Of a stretch of 64,000 nt of DNA, positions 28,481 through 36,526 are shown piece by piece. Position 1 is the first letter of the stretch. Each line of letters opens with the position of its first letter. The notes below the pieces were generated by a model. That model ran no database searches. It was not told where the DNA came from and saw only the letters and a list, made by a program, of their open reading frames with translations. Source of the DNA: an uncultured bacterium (GTDB lineage: Bacteria > Patescibacteriota > Minisyncoccia > UBA6257 > 2-01-FULL-56-20). Both the position numbers and the translations under genes were made by a program. The stretch spans positions 489,493 to 553,492 of the forward strand of contig OY970175.1 of assembly GCA_963707865.1 (NCBI GenBank), read 5' to 3'.

Positions 28481-28984
28481 TCAGCTGCCGAGCGACCCAA
28501 TCTGCACTATATCGCCTACCTTTATGTTGTCTTTAGCAACCATCCCCGCGACCACTTCAAGCACTTTGTCCGTACCGCCAGGCGAATGATATATAGTAAG
28601 CCCCCACAAGGAAGTACCCGGTTGCGGCTCCGCATTTTGGGCGAAGCCGAGCACTTCGTCTCCGTTCTTGCCCGGACCGATCCAAATCATGTCCAGTGGA
28701 AAATTCATGTCCTTCATCCAAAAGCTTTGAATGGACGGCGTATCAAACAGGAATAGCATCCCCTTGCCCGCTCCCAAACCCGCGCGGAAGGAGAGACCGC
28801 GGGCTTTTTCCATTGTGGTAGAAGCGATTTCCACTTCAAAGGTCGCCCCATTGATGCGCACCTCATTTTTTGCAAGCGGCGAATTCGCTTTTCTGAAAAC
28901 AAAAAAATACGAAATGGTGGTCGCCGCTCCTACTACTGCAATGCCAAGCAAAACCCAGAGCATCATCGCCCACTTCAAATTCAT
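28481..28984 (-). CDS. DUF192 domain protein
   Basis: TM anchor plus a DUF192-like core (GLSFRAGLGAGKGMLFLFDTP...FWMKDMNFPLDMIWIG). Confidence 0.55.
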   Translation of the reverse strand: MNLKWAMMLWVLLGIAVVGAATTISYFFVFRKANSPLAKNEVRINGATFEVEIASTTMEKARGLSFRAGLGAGKGMLFLFDTPSIQSFWMKDMNFPLDMIWIGPGKNGDEVLGFAQNAEPQPGTSLWGLTIYHSPGGTDKVLEVVAGMVAKDNIKVGDIVQIGSLGS

Positions 28985-28989
28985 TTTCC

Positions 28990-30639
28990 TTATGGTACCA
29001 CAAAGAAGTCGTTCGCGTTGTCGTTGGTATCTATCGGCGCGCCGTCCGCCGCGGATTTTCTTTCAAGCACTTGGCTCGCCTCGGGATTTGCCGGATACGC
29101 TGCGCCTTCCACATACTGTCCAGTCCCCTCGCCCCAGGCGACGGCGTCAATTATCGTCCCGCTCGCATTAAGGAGCGCCGCGCTGTTATCCGCCGCGAGC
29201 GTCGCCGTACTTGTCGCGTTCGCGGCGATGGAATCGCCAAAGCCGTTTTCTGAATTCGCCCACATAAAATATCCGCCCGCCCCAACGGAACTGCCGCTCG
29301 GGAAAACGCGGAGCGAATAGTCGGCGCCGCTTTTTGATTTTTTACGGAGCTTCCAACCGCTCATGTCCACCGCACCCGCCGTCGGATTGAAAATCTTTAC
29401 GAAATCATTCGTGCTGGACGCGCCCGCGATCTGAACCGCCACGATCACGAGGTGGCTCGCGGCAGCCGTACTCACGTTCGTGTTTGTGCTCGCGTTTGTA
29501 CTCGTATCCGTAGATGACGCCGCGGTTGTGGTCACAGTTGTTGTTGTGCCGGCATTGGTGTCAGTACTAGTACTAGTACTCGTGCTAGTGCTGGTATTGA
29601 TGTTGGAATTTGTACCGGTATTAGTGGCAGTCGCAACATCAGCAATCGTGACGGCACTTCCTGATGTCCCCGCCGCCGCAATTGTTGTGGTCGTTGTAGT
29701 CGGGATCTTCGCCACCGGCACGGAATTTTCCGCCTTCGGCGTGCCGCCAGGCGCCACGCTCGTATGCCATCCTAAGCCGTCTGCGTCACGCTCACACGTC
29801 TGTTTCGTTTCATTGTTTCCCGCCGACCAGCCGAATGATGAATCCAGAATATCCGACGCGCCGCATGCGACATCAACAATCGCAAGCGCCGTGCCCGCAT
29901 TGGAAAGCGCGCCGGAATATGTCGCATCTACCTGTACCGAAGAAACCGCGTCACCGTGTTCAAGAAGCACCAATCCTCCTGCGGGCACGATCGTCCCTGT
30001 GTCAAAAATGATTTTTATGCTTCCCTTCGCATCAAGAACCTGCCAGCCAGAAATATCAAGCGCGGCACCCGAAATATTTTTGAGTTCCATCCATTCGCGA
30101 CCGCTTGCCGCGAGGGCGCTTTCCCCTATCCGTTGCGGCGATCCCATCCATGCAATCTCATTGAAAATAAGTTTTCGTGAGAGCGGTGCAGACACGGCTA
30201 CCGTGCACACCGCAGGCACGGGCGTATTGACAACGGCTGGCGTTCCAGTGGCGGCGGAACCAGAGTCGGTCGCCGTGTCGTTTTGCGTCATACTGTTTTG
30301 CGCGCCGCTCCCCGTCACAGAAATTCCCGTGTCAAATATGACCGTCGGACTCGCGGGAACTTCCGGCGTGGGAGCTTCCGGCATGCGAGCGGCCGAATCG
30401 GAATCGGAAGAAGACGTGCCGCCTGATCCAAGGTCAATCACCGAAACCTGCTCGTCGGGCGGACCGCCGAAGGTGTCATTCCATGATTGCGCGACGATCG
30501 CGGCGGTATTCGTAAGCATGCGCGCGGGCGCGGACGGGAAAAATATCCATGCGGCAGCTATCGCCACAATAGCCGTGCCCACCGCAACGCCGATGAAAAT
30601 CCTTTTTATGCTGATAGGGGTTCTTGTGCACATGCGCAC
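28990..30639 (-). CDS. Secreted protein with two lamin-tail domains (LTD) and Thr/Ser-rich linker
   Basis: LTD signatures LIFNEIAWMG...EWMELKNISGAALDISGWQVLD and VKIFNPTAGAVDMSGWKLRK. Low-complexity TS-rich spacer. Confidence 0.65.
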   Translation of the reverse strand: MRMCTRTPISIKRIFIGVAVGTAIVAIAAAWIFFPSAPARMLTNTAAIVAQSWNDTFGGPPDEQVSVIDLGSGGTSSSDSDSAARMPEAPTPEVPASPTVIFDTGISVTGSGAQNSMTQNDTATDSGSAATGTPAVVNTPVPAVCTVAVSAPLSRKLIFNEIAWMGSPQRIGESALAASGREWMELKNISGAALDISGWQVLDAKGSIKIIFDTGTIVPAGGLVLLEHGDAVSSVQVDATYSGALSNAGTALAIVDVACGASDILDSSFGWSAGNNETKQTCERDADGLGWHTSVAPGGTPKAENSVPVAKIPTTTTTTIAAAGTSGSAVTIADVATATNTGTNSNINTSTSTSTSTSTDTNAGTTTTVTTTAASSTDTSTNASTNTNVSTAAASHLVIVAVQIAGASSTNDFVKIFNPTAGAVDMSGWKLRKKSKSGADYSLRVFPSGSSVGAGGYFMWANSENGFGDSIAANATSTATLAADNSAALLNASGTIIDAVAWGEGTGQYVEGAAYPANPEASQVLERKSAADGAPIDTNDNANDFFVVP

Positions 30640-30713
30640 CGCATCCTACCACACTACCCATTAAAACCTTCTTAAAGGAAACTTGCGCGCGGGGATTTTG
30701 CTACAATGGACAT

Positions 30714-31349
30714 ATGAAAACCGACCGGTTGAAAATGACGCTTGTCGTCCTCTCTGCTGCGGCACTTGCCCTCGCCGTACTCGCAGGTTTTATTGTTTTC
30801 TATCCCACCGGTTCTTACCAGCCCGTCGTGGTACAAAACCACGGCGCCACTTCTTCTGCTGCGGTTCTCCTACCCTCCTCAACCGCCTTGTCAACAAGCA
30901 CGACTTCCCAAACACCAGTACTTCCCGCAACCGTCGGCGGTTTCTCAAGCGAATATTCGTCGCCCTACCCCGTCCAATGGTCCGAGGGCGGCGAATCGTT
31001 CTCCATCACCGGCGCCGCGCTCCAAAACAACCAGCTCGCGCTTTCACTCGCCATCAAAATGGGCATTGTTTCGGAATGCGTGCCGGTTAACCTCCGCCTC
31101 GTCGCGGACGAATTCGGAACGCTCCGACCACCGAGCGCGCCACCCGCGAGTACGTTCACGTTTCCCGATACCCAATCTTGTAACGGCACGCCCGGCGCGA
31201 CGTACAGTGAATCGGCTGTCTTCAGTATTGATCCCTCAATCTTCTCCCCGTTTCTCCTCACGACCGGCGGCGCATCAAATGTTTTCTTCAGTGTCGCAAC
31301 GGACACTGCGGGCGGCGTGGATGTCACGCTGCCGTCACATTCGGGATAA
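30714..31349 (+). CDS. Secreted/membrane-anchored hypothetical protein
   Basis: Start at MKTDRLKMTLVVLSAAALALAVLAG (signal anchor). TACAAT lies 6 nt upstream. Confidence 0.5.
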   Translation: MKTDRLKMTLVVLSAAALALAVLAGFIVFYPTGSYQPVVVQNHGATSSAAVLLPSSTALSTSTTSQTPVLPATVGGFSSEYSSPYPVQWSEGGESFSITGAALQNNQLALSLAIKMGIVSECVPVNLRLVADEFGTLRPPSAPPASTFTFPDTQSCNGTPGATYSESAVFSIDPSIFSPFLLTTGGASNVFFSVATDTAGGVDVTLPSHSG

Positions 31350-31431
31350 TCGTCCTAACGCAACCGTGCCGCGGCGGCGCCGAAACGTGGTGCTTGAAAC
31401 CCCGCATGTTTCTGCTACACTACTATCGTAT

Positions 31432-31713
31432 TCCGGCGTAGCTCAATGGTAGAGCGGCTCCCTGTCAAAGAAGGCAGCGCGCACTGGAAACGGTGCGATG
31501 AACATCTTGGGATAACGGTGAAGGCTAAACCGTATGGTATGCGAACACCGTGGGAACCCTGCGAAAGCGGGGGCTCCGTAGAGACTAGATACCGAGACGC
31601 CTAATGTTCGCTTTTGGTTTTCGCGGACGACGGCGATGATATAGTCCACGCCTTTTGGAAACATTGGGATTCGTGTAAGGAGATGGTTCCAGGTTCGAGT
31701 CCTGGCGCCGGAG
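31432..31713 (+). tRNA. Intron-containing tRNA (anticodon ambiguous: Asn-GTT or Thr-TGT depending on splice site)
   Basis: The 5-prime half TCCGGCG-TA-GCTC-AATGGTA-GAGC-G-GCTCC is interrupted in the anticodon loop. The 3-prime half GGAGA-TGGTT-CCAGG-TTCGAGT-CCTGG-CGCCGGA-G follows. Acceptor stem TCCGGCG/CGCCGGA is perfectly complementary. Confidence 0.7.
31464..31675 (+). ncRNA. Group-I-like intron (~215 nt) in tRNA anticodon loop
   Basis: The insert separates the anticodon stem halves. It contains a P7-like AGACTAGATACCGAGACGCC resembling the cyanobacterial tRNA-Leu group I intron core. Exact boundaries are uncertain by 2-3 nt. Confidence 0.5.
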
Positions 31714-31747
31714 CACCTAGTAAAAGTATCGGACAGACCGGGACGCG
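31686..31747 (+). other. Putative attachment-site core: tRNA 3-prime end plus ~30-bp downstream flank
   Basis: aggttcgagtcctggcgccggagcacctagtaaaagtatcggacagaccggg has near-copies after repeats R5 (37823-37878) and R9 (43286-43343), and a degenerate copy at 33925-33975. Confidence 0.55.
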
Positions 31748-31847
31748 TCGGTTTTACGCGCCTTCCAGAGCGTCGTTTCGAGTCCTTGACACGTCACCCC
31801 AGCAGGACTAGAACCGGAGTTCTATATGAAGTGGGTTTCTGTTTTTA

Positions 31848-32255
31848 TCAGTCGCAGGTGGATTGTGTTCCTGCACAAGTTTTTTTGCCTTGCGCCTGCA
31901 GACCGGCAAACCCACCGGCATTGCGGACATTCGTAAAACCGTTCTCTTGAAGTATTTTGAGCGCCTCTCCGGCACGGATTCCCGTGCGGCAATACAAGGC
32001 AATCGGCGCATCTTTTGACAGATCGGGCAGCTCGCCCCGTTGAAGCCATACCAAGTCGAAGTGCAACGCACCGTCAAGGTGGCCGGCATTCCACTCCCCG
32101 TCCGTCCTCACGTCAATAAATGTTTCCGGATTTATCACAATTCCTATGATAGCGCTTCCCCCGGTAATCATGCGGTACGCCCCGCCGTGCCAAAGGATGG
32201 CGCCCGCCGTTGCGACTCCGAGCACGATCACCAAAAAGGCGAGGCGTCTCTTCAT
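31848..32255 (-). CDS. Rhodanese-domain protein
   Basis: Active-site Cys loop ALYCRTGIRAG. N-terminal signal/TM. Start taken at MKRRLAFLVIVLG. Confidence 0.65.
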   Translation of the reverse strand: MKRRLAFLVIVLGVATAGAILWHGGAYRMITGGSAIIGIVINPETFIDVRTDGEWNAGHLDGALHFDLVWLQRGELPDLSKDAPIALYCRTGIRAGEALKILQENGFTNVRNAGGFAGLQAQGKKTCAGTQSTCD

Positions 32256-32301
32256 ATCTCTTGTTATATAACGGTGTTGTTTTGCGTGCAAGAACGGTTT
32301 T

Positions 32302-33261
32302 TTAAAGAATCGCGTTGAATAAATAGCCTGTGAAGATAATTCCGATCCCTACGATTCCGGCAAAAATCGCGATGAGCTTCGGCTTCATGACTTTTTTCAA
32401 AATCATGAATTCCGGCAGCGAGAGCGCTGTCACCGCCATCATGAACGCGAGCGTGGTTCCCATTGCCACGCCTTTTTCAGTGAGGACGCTGACAAGCGGA
32501 ATGACCCCCGCAGCGTTCGAGTAGAGCGGGATGCCGACGAGAACTGCAAGCGGCACGGCGTACCAGCGGTCCGGCCCGGCGTACCGCGCGAGGAACTCCA
32601 TCGGCACATAGCCGTGGATCCACGCGCCCACGCCGATGCCAATGACAATATACGGCCAGATTTTTTTGATGATGTCCAAAGTGTAATCTTTGGCGTAAGC
32701 GAGCCTTTCCCTCCAGGCCATCGCGGGCAGACCGATCTGTCCGTTGGCCGCTGCTTGGCCCGCGAAAGATTCAACGAGATTTTCCACTCTCATCTTGCCA
32801 ATCAATATCCCCGCAAGGATCGCGATCACAAGGCCGCTTACGATATATATCGTCGCGATCTTCCAGCCGAACAAACTGAAAAGAAGTCCCAGGGCAACCT
32901 CATTTATCATCGGTGACGCGACCAGAAACGAGAATGTTACGCCGAGCGGCACTCCGGCCTGCACGAATCCGAGAAAAAGCGCGATCGCCGAGCAGGAGCA
33001 GAACGGTGTCACAATGCCGAGAAGCGAAGCAAGGATATTCCCAGTGAATTCATGCTTATGGGACAGGATCGCGCGGACCTTCTCTGCTGGCAGGAACGAG
33101 CGGATGACCGATACGGTAAAAATGATCGCCGAAAGCAGAATGAATATCTTTATCGTGTCAAAGATGAAGAAATCCAATGCCTGGCCGAGCATCGATTCGG
33201 GAAGGACGCGCAGGACAGTATAGACAAGCCAGTCCGCGAAGATCTGTATCGGATAGAACAT
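32302..33261 (-). CDS. arsP: ArsP-like permease (COG0701, TPFCSC motif)
   Basis: VTPFCSCSAIALFLGF matches the conserved TPFcSC motif of organoarsenical efflux permeases. Multi-TM. Confidence 0.6.
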   Translation of the reverse strand: MFYPIQIFADWLVYTVLRVLPESMLGQALDFFIFDTIKIFILLSAIIFTVSVIRSFLPAEKVRAILSHKHEFTGNILASLLGIVTPFCSCSAIALFLGFVQAGVPLGVTFSFLVASPMINEVALGLLFSLFGWKIATIYIVSGLVIAILAGILIGKMRVENLVESFAGQAAANGQIGLPAMAWRERLAYAKDYTLDIIKKIWPYIVIGIGVGAWIHGYVPMEFLARYAGPDRWYAVPLAVLVGIPLYSNAAGVIPLVSVLTEKGVAMGTTLAFMMAVTALSLPEFMILKKVMKPKLIAIFAGIVGIGIIFTGYLFNAIL

Positions 33262-33516
33262 CTACGATGATTGCCCGATCGCTTGGGCGATAAGCTCTTT
33301 TATTTTCTCTACATCCGGCACGCGGCCCGCGAGGACGGGTTTGCCGTCCACCGCTAAGACTGGACTGGACATCAGGCCCATCGCCACGATCTTCTGGATA
33401 TCCGTTACATATTCAACCTCGGTTTTTATGGCTAATTCTTCGACCGCTTTTTGGGTCAGTTCAAACAGCTTTTTACAGGTCGCGCAGCCGGAACCCAATA
33501 CTTGTATTTGCATCAT
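33262..33516 (-). CDS. Thioredoxin-fold redox-active disulfide protein (small Trx-like)
   Basis: MMQIQVLGSGCATCKKL contains a CxxC. This family is commonly ars-operon associated. Confidence 0.6.
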   Translation of the reverse strand: MMQIQVLGSGCATCKKLFELTQKAVEELAIKTEVEYVTDIQKIVAMGLMSSPVLAVDGKPVLAGRVPDVEKIKELIAQAIGQSS

Positions 33517-33517
33517 G

Positions 33518-33847
33518 TTATGGATTGAGCGCGGCTATGGCTTTTACCAGCTTCCGGCCTTTTTCGGTCAGGGAATAATCCACGAATGCGCCGCTCTTCT
33601 CGCTCTGCACGAGTCCCGCCTCGTTAAGATTTGAGAGATGATGCGAGACAAGGGTTTGGGAGAGTTTTGTGTGTGCCATGAGATCGCAGACGCAATGAGG
33701 CGTTTTCATGAGGAGCATGAGTATTTTTGCCTTGCTGGACACGGAGGCGATTTTAAGCTGCTTGGCCGTGGCCGGGTGCAGATCGATAATCCGTTCTGCT
33801 TTATGGCCACCTTCGCAACTACACCTCTTATATGAACGCATATTCAT
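33518..33847 (-). CDS. arsR: ArsR/SmtB family metalloregulator
   Basis: HTH plus metal-binding Cys cluster HCVCDLMAHTKLSQTLVSHHLSNLNEAGLV. Confidence 0.75.
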   Translation of the reverse strand: MNMRSYKRCSCEGGHKAERIIDLHPATAKQLKIASVSSKAKILMLLMKTPHCVCDLMAHTKLSQTLVSHHLSNLNEAGLVQSEKSGAFVDYSLTEKGRKLVKAIAALNP

Positions 33848-33871
33848 ATGATATACCTATGCGGCCAGCTC
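33844..33871 (-). promoter_or_regulatory. Putative sigma70-type promoter of arsR operon (TTGACG-16-TATATC)
   Basis: Minus strand reads ttgacggagctggccgcataggtatatcat about 25 nt upstream of the arsR ATG. Confidence 0.3.
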
Positions 33872-33945
33872 CGTCAACCCGTCCAGGATTCGAACCGAAA
33901 TCGGAAACAAAAAAGCAGATTTTACGGGGCTAAACCGAAAGCGGT
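33861..33945 (-). other. Conserved ~60-nt element with T-arm-like GGTTCGAATCC (second copy), upstream of arsR
   Basis: ccgctttcggtttagccccgtaaaatctgcttttttgtttccgatttcggttcgaatcctgg is ~80% identical to the copy at 21961-22040. Confidence 0.4.
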
Positions 33946-33975
33946 GAGAACACTAGTGTCGGAGCACTCAATATT
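33925..33975 (+). repeat. Degenerate att-like remnant closing the ars island
   Basis: gagaacactagtgtcggagcactcaatatttagtatcagacagaccggagag resembles the tRNA-flank copy gccggagcacctagtaaaagtatcggacagaccgggacg. Confidence 0.4.
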
Positions 33976-34024
33976 TAGTATCAGACAGACCGGAGAGCGT
34001 AGTTAATTCGGTATACTTAAGATC

Positions 34025-34375
34025 ATGGATCAAAAACAATTTGTGCCTGTTATCGTCATTGTTGGTGCTATCGCCATGCTGGTCGGGGCACTTGATCCAT
34101 TGGAAGGGTCGGTCGTCATCCTTGTAGGCAGTGGCTTGGTGGCGCTCGGCACATTCCTGAGCAACGCCAGCCGACGCTTGCGTGTTTACTGGATATGGAC
34201 TTTCCTCTTGATAGCGTTCGGAGTTGGCGTGATGTTTGGAGCGAGCGCGATGGGAGGTTTTGGCGGCGCTACTGGACGTTCGATATGGTGGGCAGTTCTA
34301 GCCCTACCCTATCCCGTTGGTTGGGTAATGGGTGTCGTCAATCTGTTTTACAGACTTAGAAGAAAACGCGGTTGA
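34025..34375 (+). CDS. Small Gly-rich membrane protein (4 TM)
   Basis: A hydrophobic 116-aa ORF bounded by att-like repeats. Confidence 0.45.
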   Translation: MDQKQFVPVIVIVGAIAMLVGALDPLEGSVVILVGSGLVALGTFLSNASRRLRVYWIWTFLLIAFGVGVMFGASAMGGFGGATGRSIWWAVLALPYPVGWVMGVVNLFYRLRRKRG

Positions 34376-34403
34376 GATTATCAGCACATCTGACAATTTT
34401 AGG

Positions 34404-34431
34404 TGAGACAGGAGGTTCTAACGTCGTCCAG
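34404..34431 (+). repeat. 28-bp repeat, copy R2
   Basis: ggttctaacgtcgtccagccgccggagc. It shares an extra ~25-bp left flank (tgacaattttaggtgagacaggagg) with R3. Confidence 0.8.
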
Positions 34432-34489
34432 CCGCCGGAGCGGAGATGTTTTGCGGAAATAACTCGCTTATTACCAGGGTAATTTTCAT

Positions 34490-34522
34490 TGACAGTCATT
34501 TGGATAAGTGAAATAGTGCTAG
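34490..34522 (+). promoter_or_regulatory. Putative promoter (TTGACA-17-AATAGT) with strong RBS for GalT-like cassette gene
   Basis: ttgacagtcatttggataagtgaaatagtgct, then gaggaggcaaatcATG. Confidence 0.4.
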
Positions 34523-34555
34523 AGGTTATTTCGCAGATAAGCGAGGAGGCAAATC

Positions 34556-35575
34556 ATGGCATCGGAAATTCGACGGAACCCGATAACCAAGAAGTACGTT
34601 GTAATTGCAACAGACCGGGGTAATCGCCCGTTTGACTTTAAGGACGACTCAGTCGCAAACGACGACTCTCCCGAAGAGTGCCCGTTTTGCCCCGGACACG
34701 AAGGGAAAACTCCACCGACCATTTGGGCATATGGAACGCCTACTAACTGGACGGAAAGAGTGTTCGCCAATAAGTTCGGCGCTTTCAAGATCGAGGGCAA
34801 ACTTGAAAAACGGCGGCGCGGTCTTTTTCGGCTAATGAACGCCAGGGGCGCACACGAGGTCATTGTAGCCACGCCGCGACACGCAGGTCTGTATACCTTG
34901 ACCGACGAAGAAGCAACGAGGACCCTAATCGCATGCAGGGAAAGGATTAACGACCTGAAACTAGCGAGGGAAGAAAACAACGGGGACAAGCCGGGGGACC
35001 TGCTGCTCGCCTACATCATTGTTTTTGGAAACGAGGGGAGGGACGCGGCGGCTTCCAAAAAACACGGACATTTCCAGCTCATCGGCTTGCCGATCATCCC
35101 AGGAGACCTCTGGGAAGAATACCGGCGCGCAGAAGAGTATTGGGAAGATGAAAACACGTGCCTCTTCTGCGACCTCGTGAAGCAAGAAAGAGCGGAGGGA
35201 GAACGCGTTGTGACGGAAAACGACGTATTTCTTTCCGTCTGTGCGTACGCGCCACGGGTTCCTTTCGAAACATGGCTTCTGCCAAAGAGCCACCTCCCCA
35301 TCTTTGAAGATGGGAACGAAAGGACCATGACGGCACTCGCGGAGGTTCTCATGAATACCTTGCGTCGCATGGACAAAGCTCTCCATGGCGTCGCGTTCAA
35401 CCTCTACCTGAAAAACACGCCGTTGTTTGACCGAAATCACGATCGCAGAGTTGACTTTCGTATTGAGATCGTGCCTCGGTTAACAAAGCCCGCCGGATTC
35501 GAGTTCGGTACCGGGGTTTACATCAACCCGGTGCCCCCGGAAACTGCGGCCCAAACCTTGCGAGACGCTGGATGA
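34556..35575 (+). CDS. Galactose-1-phosphate uridylyltransferase-like (HIT superfamily branch III, GalT family)
   Basis: ECPFCPGHEG zinc motif and HGHFQLIG (HxHxQ) active site. Confidence 0.65.
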   Translation: MASEIRRNPITKKYVVIATDRGNRPFDFKDDSVANDDSPEECPFCPGHEGKTPPTIWAYGTPTNWTERVFANKFGAFKIEGKLEKRRRGLFRLMNARGAHEVIVATPRHAGLYTLTDEEATRTLIACRERINDLKLAREENNGDKPGDLLLAYIIVFGNEGRDAAASKKHGHFQLIGLPIIPGDLWEEYRRAEEYWEDENTCLFCDLVKQERAEGERVVTENDVFLSVCAYAPRVPFETWLLPKSHLPIFEDGNERTMTALAEVLMNTLRRMDKALHGVAFNLYLKNTPLFDRNHDRRVDFRIEIVPRLTKPAGFEFGTGVYINPVPPETAAQTLRDAG

Positions 35576-35689
35576 CGTCCAAAAACACGGAGGGATAGAT
35601 GAAGAGAGAATCAAGGGCGCTGACTGAAAGGAGGCAGCGCCCGCTCACCTAAGATTATCGCCAGACTGACAATTTTAGGTGAGACAGGA

Positions 35690-35717
35690 GGTTCTCACAT
35701 CGTCCAGCCGCCGGAGC
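35690..35717 (+). repeat. 28-bp repeat, copy R3
   Basis: ggttctcacatcgtccagccgccggagc, consensus copy. Confidence 0.85.
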
Positions 35718-35720
35718 CGA

Positions 35721-35759
35721 GAAAAAAAGTAGCTGCGAGAAACATCATTTCGCAGCTAC
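35721..35759 (-). terminator. Rho-independent terminator of metallopeptidase cassette gene
   Basis: Hairpin gtagctgcg...cgcagctac followed on the minus strand by T7. Overlaps the last codons. Confidence 0.5.
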
Positions 35760-36317
35760 TTGAGCTATACGCAGCCACTTTCTGATCAGTGCCTGCTGTT
35801 CATCGTCCGGCGGTGGTCCCAGGCGACTTCGAAACTTCTTACCGGGTCCTTGTAGGGTCCAACTCACTGACTCCGCAAAATCCCCGGCGCCGAAGAGATA
35901 GTCTGGACAAGTCCTGCTTAACGACGGCGGATACCAAGGCGTATTCGGTGGCAACTTGCGAAGTGCAAGCCACCCATGTCGCATCTCGGCAGTAAGGAAT
36001 CGCACATCGAAGCCGTGTGCAAGCTCGTGGACGATCGTCGTAGCCACGGCTTCCGGCGACTGTGAGGAACGAATCCAGATATCGATAGTATGTCGCTCGG
36101 GATCGCAAAGACCCAAGAGGTGGGGCCGCCCTTGATGGAACTTAATTTTCCACTCAGGAAATATGGGCCGCCAGTCCCAATTCACTTTCTTCAGAGCTTC
36201 TTGACCAACCTGTTTGTGACGAAGAACCGATAGGGTTTTCTGAGAATGGATTATTTGGGCAAACGACGATGTCGTCGCTATGCCCACAAGAAATACAAGC
36301 ACGACGGGACGCCTCAT
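35745..36317 (-). CDS. Secreted HExxH zinc-metallopeptidase-like protein
   Basis: Signal peptide MRRPVVLVFLVGIATTSSFAQ and IVHELAHGFD. About 80% identical paralog at 50910-51479. Confidence 0.6.
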   Translation of the reverse strand: MRRPVVLVFLVGIATTSSFAQIIHSQKTLSVLRHKQVGQEALKKVNWDWRPIFPEWKIKFHQGRPHLLGLCDPERHTIDIWIRSSQSPEAVATTIVHELAHGFDVRFLTAEMRHGWLALRKLPPNTPWYPPSLSRTCPDYLFGAGDFAESVSWTLQGPGKKFRSRLGPPPDDEQQALIRKWLRIAQVAAK

Positions 36318-36404
36318 CGTTAGCCTCCTCTAGTGAATTTGTTTCCAAGACCTATATTCCTTGTAGCTTGCTATTGATTAACCCGTCAAGGGACAAAGTA
36401 AATA

Positions 36405-36432
36405 GGTTCTAACATCGTCCAGCCGCCGGAGC
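36405..36432 (+). repeat. 28-bp repeat, copy R4
   Basis: ggttctaacatcgtccagccgccggagc. Confidence 0.8.
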
Positions 36433-36526
36433 GGTGATGAGATAATCAAGGATTTCAGCTTCTTGTGGTAGCCAGGCGTGGTAATTCGCCGTTTTCTTTT
36501 AACCGATTCCGAGATACTATGAGCGT

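Noticed and set aside
29480-30664. A 394-aa + strand ORF (MFVLAFVLVSVDDAAVVVTVVVV...).
   Set aside because: It is a low-complexity shadow ORF on the strand opposite the lamin-tail-domain gene (28990-30639), generated by its GC/T-S-rich repeats.
31462-31680. Treating the two tRNA halves as separate tRNA fragments or pseudogenes.
   Set aside because: The halves complete one cloverleaf with a perfectly paired 7-bp acceptor stem across the insert. The insert has group-I-core-like sequence. An intron is the simpler explanation.
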